In this document: positions 56,649-64,000 of the stretch, in pieces
Layout of the letters: each line of letters starts with the position of its first letter
How positions within the stretch are numbered: position 1 is the first letter of the stretch
From: Pseudomonadota bacterium
GTDB lineage: Bacteria; Bdellovibrionota_B; Oligoflexia; Oligoflexales; CAIMVM01
Direction of reading: 5' to 3'
Length of the DNA: 64,000 bases
NCBI GenBank assembly: GCA_037142195.1
Contig: JBAXBA010000001.1
Coordinates: forward strand, 32,001-96,000
Notes under the pieces: model-generated
Database searches by the model: none
Seen by the model: the letters and a program-made list of their open reading frames with translations, nothing else
Told to the model about the DNA's origin: nothing
Program-made: the position numbers and the translations under genes

Positions 56649-56831
56649 ATGAAAGCAACTTCCGCGGAAAAAACTCAGCTAAAAAAAATGCCCTTAACGG
56701 ATCGAGTCAAGCAAGACTTAGCAGACAATATCTACCAGACTTTAACTAAGGAAGGCTATGAGGCACGAGACATCATACGCATTTCTAGTGAACTTATTTC
56801 TCTAGTGACCACGGATTTAGAAAAGAATTAA
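56649..56831 (+). CDS. Small helical hypothetical protein (60 aa)
   Basis: ATG after GAGGGG; amphipathic LADNIYQTLTKEGYEARDIIRISSELISLVT. Confidence 0.7.
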   Translation: MKATSAEKTQLKKMPLTDRVKQDLADNIYQTLTKEGYEARDIIRISSELISLVTTDLEKN

Positions 56832-57173
56832 GTTGTCGTTTCTATTATAGGATCTGAATGAGATCTATTTTTAGTTTACTTCAGCTCAAGCATCTGCTTG
56901 GTATTTGTCGCGCTGGCGAGCTAAGATGCTCATGTTTTGTAGGCTTTTCTTTTTGAGGCCTGCCTTATCTAGTTTCTTAAAATGGGTTTTACATAACGGC
57001 AGCAATTTAGAATTGGCGAAAACATACTTGGGAATGTTCTTATGTCCTTGTAACTATCACGCAAAACTGCTGATGTTTCGCGTGGCTTTTTGGGTCATTT
57101 TTTTCCCTTTAAAACCAAATTTCTAAAAGCTAAAAGTACTCTTCATGCTCTACTTAAAAGACGCTTAATTGAT

Positions 57174-58517
57174 TCAATGCAGCGCATTTAAATAATCTGA
57201 AAATACTTCATTAGCTCGTTTAATTTGCAGGGATTTTCGATCGGATTTAGAAGCTTTACGATCAACCTCCACCGGAGCAAGCAGTCCGAGATTTGCGTTC
57301 ATAGGTGCATACTTTCCGAGATTGCCTTTTGTAACATAGACCCAAAGCGCACCCAGCAGGCACTGCGCAGGCAATGCTGGAGCCGTTTTTCCCACTGATT
57401 TCAAAGCCGCAAATCTGCCGGCTAAAAGGCCAATTGCTGCTGACTCGGTGTAGCCTTCCACGCCTGTGATTTGGCCTGCAAGAAAAATTCTTGGGCTGTC
57501 TTTTAGAGAGAGATCTTCAGCTAACAGTTCAGGACCATTTATATAGGTGTTTCTATGAATGGAACCATAACGAAGAATTTCCAAATTTTGCAGTCCAGGT
57601 AGTGTGGAAAAGAGTCGTTTTTGCTCGGGCCATTTCATTTTTGTTTGAAAGCCAACCATGGAATACATGGTTTTTTCAATGTTTTCTTGTCTTAGCTGAA
57701 TCACACCCCAGGGGCGTCTCCCTGTTCGCGGGTTGTCCAAGCCCACAGGCTTCATAGGACCAAAACGCAGGGTTTCGCGACCTCGCTGAATCATCACTTC
57801 GATGGGAAGACACGATTCAAAATAATTCACATCTTCAAATTCATGCAAAGGAACTTTTTCTGCAGCTTCAACACCATCAATAAATTGGTTATATTGCTCT
57901 TTATCCAGGGGAACATTGATGTAATCGCCCTCCCCTTCTCCATAGCGATCAGCTAAATAACAGACTTCCATGTCAATGGAATCAGCAGAGATCACAGGTG
58001 CTATCGCATCATAGAAATAAAGTCGCTTCTTATTTCCTGTGATCCGGTCGATTTCTTGGGCTAAGGCAGGAGACGTCAACGGTCCGGAACATATGATTAA
58101 ATACTCGTTAGCTGAGGCGAGCTCTTTATCACTGGGAAGGTGAGTGACTTCGCCATCCACACGTTTAAACTTAGGATGATTCAAGAGTGCTGATTCAATA
58201 TATTGTGAAAAAACTTCTCGATCGACAGCCAGGGCATTTCCGGCTGGAACTTTGGCAGCGGTTGCGGCCCTAATAATGAGAGAATCCAGTTGACTCATCT
58301 CGAGCTTCAGCTGACCAGGCGCTGAAACTTCGAGAGTAGATTTTAAAGAGTTAGAACAGACGAGTTCTGCTAGCTTTCCTGAGGTGTGTGCACCCGTCAT
58401 TTTTACTGGACGCATCTCATGGAGGATAACATCACAACCGAGCTGCAAAGCTTGCCAAGCAGCTTCACATCCCGCCAAACCACCGCCTATAATTCGAATC
58501 TTAGTTGTAGTAGTCAT
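57174..58517 (-). CDS. trmFO: tRNA (uracil-5)-methyltransferase TrmFO
   Basis: IIGGGLAGCEAAWQ, ELVCSNS, FYDAIAP, GPMKPVGL, FLAGQITGVEGY; RBS GGAGG. Confidence 0.96.
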   Translation of the reverse strand: MTTTTKIRIIGGGLAGCEAAWQALQLGCDVILHEMRPVKMTGAHTSGKLAELVCSNSLKSTLEVSAPGQLKLEMSQLDSLIIRAATAAKVPAGNALAVDREVFSQYIESALLNHPKFKRVDGEVTHLPSDKELASANEYLIICSGPLTSPALAQEIDRITGNKKRLYFYDAIAPVISADSIDMEVCYLADRYGEGEGDYINVPLDKEQYNQFIDGVEAAEKVPLHEFEDVNYFESCLPIEVMIQRGRETLRFGPMKPVGLDNPRTGRRPWGVIQLRQENIEKTMYSMVGFQTKMKWPEQKRLFSTLPGLQNLEILRYGSIHRNTYINGPELLAEDLSLKDSPRIFLAGQITGVEGYTESAAIGLLAGRFAALKSVGKTAPALPAQCLLGALWVYVTKGNLGKYAPMNANLGLLAPVEVDRKASKSDRKSLQIKRANEVFSDYLNALH

Positions 58518-58649
58518 TGCTTTTGCCTCCATAAGGAATTGGCAACTATCACTAAAATAAGCATTACGCCAGCACATTTGCCAAGTTTACTAGAGGTCCC
58601 TATCTTTGGGATGCCACCATTAGTAGCCAGTAACAGGCTCCTAAAGACT

Positions 58650-59441
58650 CTAGCTTGTGGCTGCTTGAGCTCTAGCGACACCGGCTTCCAGCAAACTAAA
58701 ATAGTCGGAAGGCTTTAATGAAGCCCCTCCGATAAGCCCGCCATCAATGTTGGGCATGGCTAAAAGCTCCGCGACATTTCCTGGATTCATACTACCACCA
58801 TATAAAATGCGGATTTTGGCGGCTGACGAGCCGAGGGCTTCTAAAAGCATGCCTCGAATCAATGCGTGGACCTCTTCCGCTTGAGCTGGGGTCGCTGCAA
58901 GCCCAGTGCCGATAGCCCAGACTGGTTCGTAGGCAATCACGACTTGAGGGCTCATATTTTGGGAGCTCAGGAGTGATTTAACCTGACTCTGAATAACCGC
59001 CTGGGTTCTCCCTGCTTTGCGGTCCTCTAGATATTCCCCTATGCAAACAATGGGAGTTAGTCCCACATCAAGGGCCGCAAGCATCCGTTTGTTGACGGAT
59101 TCATCCGTCTCAGCAAAATACTGGCGGCGTTCGCTGTGACCAATAATCGTGAATTTGACTCCCAAGTCCTTTATCATGGCCGGTGACACCTCACCCGTAA
59201 AGGCGCCTTTGGGTTCCCAATGGCAGTTTTGTGCCCCGAGTTCGATCTTAGCGGTACGAGCGGCATCTGACAAAGGGCCCAGCAAAGTGGCTGGGGGACA
59301 GATCACTCCATCGATCATGTCGAGGTGATTTAGATTTTTGGTTTTTTCTGCTAGTTCCTTAAAAAAAGCCATCGCTTCACCTTGAAGCATATTCATTTTC
59401 CAATTGCCAGCAATCATGGGTTTAGTCATTTGCTTATTCAT
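58650..59441 (-). CDS. tpiA: Triosephosphate isomerase
   Basis: [35 protein letters not shown]. Confidence 0.97.
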   Translation of the reverse strand: MNKQMTKPMIAGNWKMNMLQGEAMAFFKELAEKTKNLNHLDMIDGVICPPATLLGPLSDAARTAKIELGAQNCHWEPKGAFTGEVSPAMIKDLGVKFTIIGHSERRQYFAETDESVNKRMLAALDVGLTPIVCIGEYLEDRKAGRTQAVIQSQVKSLLSSQNMSPQVVIAYEPVWAIGTGLAATPAQAEEVHALIRGMLLEALGSSAAKIRILYGGSMNPGNVAELLAMPNIDGGLIGGASLKPSDYFSLLEAGVARAQAATS

Positions 59442-59442
59442 C

Positions 59443-60630
59443 TCATGCCTCCAAACAGCGAACACCGGGAAGGACAATTCCTTCTAAAAATTCAAGAGAC
59501 GCACCCCCACCTGTCGAGACATGGGAAAGTTGGCTGGCAACTCCCGCCATATTGGCAGCAGAAACAGAGTCTCCGCCCCCAACAACCGTTGTTCCCCGGC
59601 ATTCTGTCATAGCATGGGCAATACTCATGGACCCTTCGGCGTAGTTCTTCCACTCGAAAACGCCCATGGGACCATTCCATAGAACCGTCTGGGCCTTTCG
59701 AATAATCTTTGCATAGGCCTCACGCGTCTTTGGCCCAATATCTAAGCCCATATATCCATCTTCAATATCAACGCCCTCGGTAACTTTAAATGGCGCTGTA
59801 GCTGAAAACTCTTTTGAAATCACATGATCCTGGGGCAAGTGAATCCGCACACGGCGTGCTTCTGCATTGCGGTAAATAGTTTCAACTAACATCATTTTAT
59901 CGTCTTCAGTACGAGAGATTCCTACTTGAGAGCCTTTGAATTTTAAAAAGCTATAGGCCATAGCCCCACCCATCAGCAAGTCTGTGCACTGCTCAATCAA
60001 TGCCAAAATCACGCCCATCTTATCGCTTACTTTAGAGCCGCCCATAACTACGGCATAGGGAGCCTTTGCTCCTTCCCTAACACTCGAGAGTGCCTTTAAT
60101 TCTTTAGCCATTAAGAGCCCGGCAGCACATTTACTCTTTCCTAAACGCTCGGGAAGACCTACGGTCGATGCATGAGCGCGGTGTGCTGTTCCAAAGGCAT
60201 CATTCACATAAAGGTCGATTCCTTTGGCCAATGACTCCACAAACTCACTAGAATTGGCTTCTTCGCCTTTATGAAATCTAAGATTTTCAAGCAAGATAAT
60301 CTCGCCTTTGCCTAGACGCTTTAAAAATTGGTCTACAGGTTCCTTCTCATAATCTGAAACCAATATAACTTCACACTGGAGAAGCTCCGCTAACTTAGCC
60401 CCCACGGGCTCAAGAGAGTATTTCTTATCTACAGTACCCTTAGGCCGCCCTAAATGGCTGGCTATGACGAGTTTGGCTCCGTCATCTAAAAGCTTTTGGA
60501 TGGTAGGTAGACTGGCTGTAATTCTGGTGTCATCCAAAATGGTTCCATTCTCAATGGGAACATTCAGGTCTAGGCGTAAAAACACGGCCTTACCTTTTAC
60601 ATCAAGCATGTCAAGGGTTCTAAGAGTCAT
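59443..60630 (-). CDS. pgk: Phosphoglycerate kinase
   Basis: RLDLNVP, SHLGRP, LLENLRF, NDAFGTAHRAHAS, WNGPMG, STGGGASLE. Confidence 0.97.
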   Translation of the reverse strand: MTLRTLDMLDVKGKAVFLRLDLNVPIENGTILDDTRITASLPTIQKLLDDGAKLVIASHLGRPKGTVDKKYSLEPVGAKLAELLQCEVILVSDYEKEPVDQFLKRLGKGEIILLENLRFHKGEEANSSEFVESLAKGIDLYVNDAFGTAHRAHASTVGLPERLGKSKCAAGLLMAKELKALSSVREGAKAPYAVVMGGSKVSDKMGVILALIEQCTDLLMGGAMAYSFLKFKGSQVGISRTEDDKMMLVETIYRNAEARRVRIHLPQDHVISKEFSATAPFKVTEGVDIEDGYMGLDIGPKTREAYAKIIRKAQTVLWNGPMGVFEWKNYAEGSMSIAHAMTECRGTTVVGGGDSVSAANMAGVASQLSHVSTGGGASLEFLEGIVLPGVRCLEA

Positions 60631-60807
60631 GGAAGTCTCACTTTTATGGCCAAAGCCGTGATTGGCGAAACTTAGTTCATACCACTCTTGGGCCTATCTG
60701 ACAATGTACTTAAAATGCGAGTGATATTACTTTTTAGTGGGAAATGAATTATTCTAAGGACTTGATCTAGCCAGAGCTCCCGTGAGCCAAAATTAAGAAA
60801 GACTCCT

Positions 60808-61755
60808 ATGCCTCAGAAACATCTGTTTATTATGGATCCATTTGAAAAGTTGAATCTTACTTTAGATTCTAGCCTCAGAATGGCCTATGGTCTTGCAGAG
60901 CTTGGACATCAGATCTATTTTGGTGAGTCACAAGATTTAGTCTGGTCCAACCAGTGGGCAGTGGCACGCTTAAAAGCTAGCGAAATGATTTTTAGCGGCG
61001 GCCCTGATTCTGTGCAGTTAGGTGCTTCGGAGTCTTGGTCTCTGGATAGATTTAACGGTATTCATATGCGCAAAGACCCGCCCTTTGATATGAATTATAT
61101 TACCTGCACTTGGTTCCTAGATTCGGCTCCTAAATCCACCAAAATTTTAAATAGTCCGGAAATTCTAAGAAATTTTAATGAAAAGCTTGGAACGTTTATG
61201 TTTTCCAAGTGGATGCTCCCCACTTGCACCAGCGCAAATCCACGTGAGCTTTTGGAGTTCATTCGAGAACTCCAATGCCCTTTTGTGATTATAAAGCCCC
61301 TGGACTTATTTGGAGGTCGCGGAGTCGAGAAAATGGATCGAAGCAATTTGGCTGCCATTCACTCCAAGCTCAATTCTATAACCCATAATGGAGAAATCGC
61401 GTACATGGTGCAACCATTTGACCCTGCCGTCCAAGATGGAGAAATTCGAGCTTTTACTGCCGGAGGAGAAACCCTAGCATGGTGTAAGAAGGTTCCCGCT
61501 GCTGGAAACTTTCTAGCCAACACCAGGGCAGGCGCTAAACTCATGCCCCATGAACCCACAAAAAACCAAGTGCTTGCAGTCCAAGCTATTGCCGCCAAGA
61601 TGCTGTCTCTGGGTGCTTTTCTAACTGGTATTGATTTGATTGGCGATCAGGTTTCAGAGATTAATATTACATCACCTAGAATGCTGACAGGTGTACCTGG
61701 GGATTTGGCTCCTTATGGGAAAGTTGCTTCCTTGATCGAACACTATTGCAAATAA
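60808..61755 (+). CDS. gshB: Glutathione synthetase
   Basis: FIMDP, MRKDPPFDMNY, NEKL, KPLD..GG.G, EINITSP. Confidence 0.92.
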   Translation: MPQKHLFIMDPFEKLNLTLDSSLRMAYGLAELGHQIYFGESQDLVWSNQWAVARLKASEMIFSGGPDSVQLGASESWSLDRFNGIHMRKDPPFDMNYITCTWFLDSAPKSTKILNSPEILRNFNEKLGTFMFSKWMLPTCTSANPRELLEFIRELQCPFVIIKPLDLFGGRGVEKMDRSNLAAIHSKLNSITHNGEIAYMVQPFDPAVQDGEIRAFTAGGETLAWCKKVPAAGNFLANTRAGAKLMPHEPTKNQVLAVQAIAAKMLSLGAFLTGIDLIGDQVSEINITSPRMLTGVPGDLAPYGKVASLIEHYCK

Positions 61756-61808
61756 TGCCCCTGAGTATTACCATAAATTTTCTAATTTTTTGATCAGGAG
61801 ACTCCTCA

Positions 61809-62324
61809 ATGCTTGTTAGCAAAATCAATAACTCAGTTTTAGCTATTTTCTCCGCTGCAATGCTTACTGCATGCGACGGCGGTTGTTCTAAGAAAAGTGA
61901 AACTGCAGCTACTTCTGCAGAAACCAGCACCACAGAAGCTTCTGCGCCAGCAAAAACTGACGCTGCTGCCACTCCAGGAACAGAAGCAGCCGCTTCCGAT
62001 GGCCAGCTCCAAATCGAAGACACCAAAGAAGGCACAGGCGCAGCCGTTGAAAATGGAAAAACCGTAAAAGTACACTATGTAGGCACACTGACCGATGGGA
62101 CTAAATTTGACTCTAGCCGCGACCGGGATCAGCCGTTTGAGTTTACAGTAGGCCAAAACCAAGTGATTCAAGGCTGGGAAAAGGGCGTTATCGGCATGAA
62201 AGTTGGGGGTCAAAGAAAACTAACTATTCCTGGATCTCTAGCATATGGCGAAAGAGGTGTGCCTGGAGTAATTCCAGCAAATGCCACTCTCGTTTTTGAA
62301 ATCGAACTTATCGAAGTAAAGTAA
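61809..62324 (+). CDS. FKBP-type PPIase lipoprotein
   Basis: Lipobox LTAC, Ala/Thr linker, [34 protein letters not shown]. Confidence 0.94.
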   Translation: MLVSKINNSVLAIFSAAMLTACDGGCSKKSETAATSAETSTTEASAPAKTDAAATPGTEAAASDGQLQIEDTKEGTGAAVENGKTVKVHYVGTLTDGTKFDSSRDRDQPFEFTVGQNQVIQGWEKGVIGMKVGGQRKLTIPGSLAYGERGVPGVIPANATLVFEIELIEVK

Positions 62325-62377
62325 ATTAAAAAATGTAATTCATTATCTTTGGGTCATCACAAATGATTCCATGGAAC

Positions 62378-62406
62378 AAAGAAGGCTTGAAAGCCTTCTT
62401 TTTTTT
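62378..62406 (+). terminator. Intrinsic terminator after FKBP gene
   Basis: AAAGAAGGCTT-GA-AAGCCTTCTTTTTTTT. Confidence 0.88.
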
Positions 62407-62661
62407 GCTCCATTTTTAGCTAGTTAAGTGCCGGAAATTCTAATCAATGCCTCGTTGCATAAAACCACCTAAAGATATGGAATCTGGGAGACCTTCCATG
62501 GATAACCTCTCGCTCCAAGAAACACCAAGAGCCCTCGCGAGCATGATTTTACAGGGAAACAAATACCCTTATTTTTCACAATGTTTACAGCTACTTAAAT
62601 TTTAAAGTTCAGTCTTAAACCAAAGTGACGATAGGGGTTTCAATATCTCAGGGGGCGGTTT

Positions 62662-63483
62662 ATGCGGAGTCCACTATTTTCTTATATTTGTTTCTCAGCG
62701 GCCACGCTATTTACGTTTTCAAACTTCGTAGCTTGTGGTGCGAAAATGTATCAAGTTTCCCTTGATGACGCGCAGGAGCGGACAGTTATCAAGAGAAAGG
62801 AAGAAAATGGAACATCGCTAAGAAGTTCCTTAGTCGGCGTTCATGCTTCCAAGGGTTGGGTCAAACTTCCCATAGAGTATAGGTTTTCCAAAGAGCTTTC
62901 TAAGCAACAACGTGAAGGCCTAGAAAATGCCATGAAAACATGGGAAGCCGCGGTTGGCAGGCCCTTGTTTTCTTTGGTTGGAGATGATCAAAAGACGGGC
63001 GATAGCTTTAGTGACTTGTATAGCTCGCTTAACGATACCACAAATGGGCATTACATTGATGACAACTGGGCCAAAACAGGAAAATCAACCCAAGTTTTGG
63101 CTACTACCATTTGGAACAACCTACCTGGAGATGACGAGACCATTCGATCTGCGGATATCAGATTTAATGGCAACTACTATGTTATTGGAGATAGCTTTAT
63201 TGCTAAATCCACTCCAGAAAAAGAAGTTGTCGACATGCAGAGTTTAGCGCTTCACGAACTAGGTCACCTCATTGGCCTTACCCATATGAGTGTCGACGAT
63301 GATTCGATGTCCATTATGAACCCGACTTTGTTTATCGGCGAAGGTCTCACCAATCGTCGACTCTCAGAAGGCGACATTAGAAGGATACAATCGGTCTATG
63401 GGTGCCAGGGGCAGTCCTGCGACTTAGAAAAGACCTTAGCACTGGTAAATACACCTGCGACATCAGACGCTGCGTCACACTAG
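62662..63483 (+). CDS. Matrixin-family (M10) zinc metalloprotease lipoprotein
   Basis: Lipobox FVAC, HELGHLIGLTH, Met-turn SIMNP. Confidence 0.9.
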   Translation: MRSPLFSYICFSAATLFTFSNFVACGAKMYQVSLDDAQERTVIKRKEENGTSLRSSLVGVHASKGWVKLPIEYRFSKELSKQQREGLENAMKTWEAAVGRPLFSLVGDDQKTGDSFSDLYSSLNDTTNGHYIDDNWAKTGKSTQVLATTIWNNLPGDDETIRSADIRFNGNYYVIGDSFIAKSTPEKEVVDMQSLALHELGHLIGLTHMSVDDDSMSIMNPTLFIGEGLTNRRLSEGDIRRIQSVYGCQGQSCDLEKTLALVNTPATSDAASH

Positions 63484-63534
63484 ATCCTAAGGTACATTCC
63501 CGTATTCCTTAGGATGGGCCCAAAGCAAAAACCT

Positions 63535-64000
63535 TCAATTGGAAATCGCCTCCAAGTTCTTTCTAAAGCTTTCCAATTGATCTTCCATTTGGGACATTTG
63601 TCCTTTCGTAAGTTCAATAACTTCAGGAGGCGCTCGTTCGACAAAACTGGGATTGGCAAGTTTCGCCTTCATTCCATCAACTACCTTGGAAACCCTTTTA
63701 AATTCATTTTCTAGTCGTAGTCTTTCCCGATCAAAATCTAAATAGTCCCCAACGGGGACAAAGGCTTCAAAACCTCTACCAACGGCCACCAGGCATCTTG
63801 CCGGCCTTTTTGTGTCTGATCCTGCTTCAAGCTGCAAAGTTGATGTCAGCTTTAGAATCCAAGGATTGGCTTCATTAAAAATAAGGCGCGTAGCGTCGTT
63901 ACATTTTACGAAAACATCTAATTTATCTTTTAAAGGAACACCCGCCTGCTGTCTGGCGGAACGAATACCCACAACCAACTCCTGGACGAGCTCCCATTTG
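63535..64000 (-). CDS. valS: Valine--tRNA ligase, C-terminal part (starts outside window)
   Basis: DFDRERLRLENE...KLANPSFVERAPPEVIE coiled-coil arm. Confidence 0.92.
   Translation of the reverse strand, partial: KWELVQELVVGIRSARQQAGVPLKDKLDVFVKCNDATRLIFNEANPWILKLTSTLQLEAGSDTKRPARCLVAVGRGFEAFVPVGDYLDFDRERLRLENEFKRVSKVVDGMKAKLANPSFVERAPPEVIELTKGQMSQMEDQLESFRKNLEAISN

Noticed and set aside
58650..60630. pgk-tpiA without gap
   Set aside because: Common rearrangement; gap is probably elsewhere.

Overview
A 64 kb bacterial chromosomal segment. Gene content (TIGR02147-like HTH protein, matrixin and FKBP lipoproteins, HAMP-SpoIIE phosphatase) suggests Bdellovibrionota/Oligoflexia; this is an inference, and all family calls come from motifs read by eye, not from searches. 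Housekeeping genes: recN, cls, tRNA-Lys/Glu, a probable 6S RNA, scpAB-rluB, queA, clpC-like, lspA, ddl, ldcA-mpl-pal, rny-ymdB, dapB, psd, trmFO, pgk-tpiA, gshB, valS. There are two accessory blocks. Block 1 (about 9.4-25.4 kb) holds a LuxE-LuxC fusion, the best candidate for a new system, and a bufferin-like MNIO RiPP locus. The candidate is a stand-alone rotary-motor-like module with no rod, hook, filament, export or switch genes in the window. It comprises an apparent FliF(S-ring)-FliG fusion, a split motA/motB pair whose MotB lacks its peptidoglycan-binding residues, a MotE-like protein, a PEGA/TPR lipoprotein, an outer-membrane beta-barrel, a FecR-like protein and a PP2C phosphatase, with a sigma-28-type promoter. 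Block 2 (about 32.7-38.6 kb) is a desaturase/AlkB-like/Cfa/FAD-oxidoreductase lipid-modification operon next to an IS21 scar. Also notable are three apparent pseudoenzymes (ArgH-like fused to a lipoprotein, DapA-like, pyruvate-kinase-like) and an unannotated 42-aa zinc-finger microprotein upstream of yqeY.
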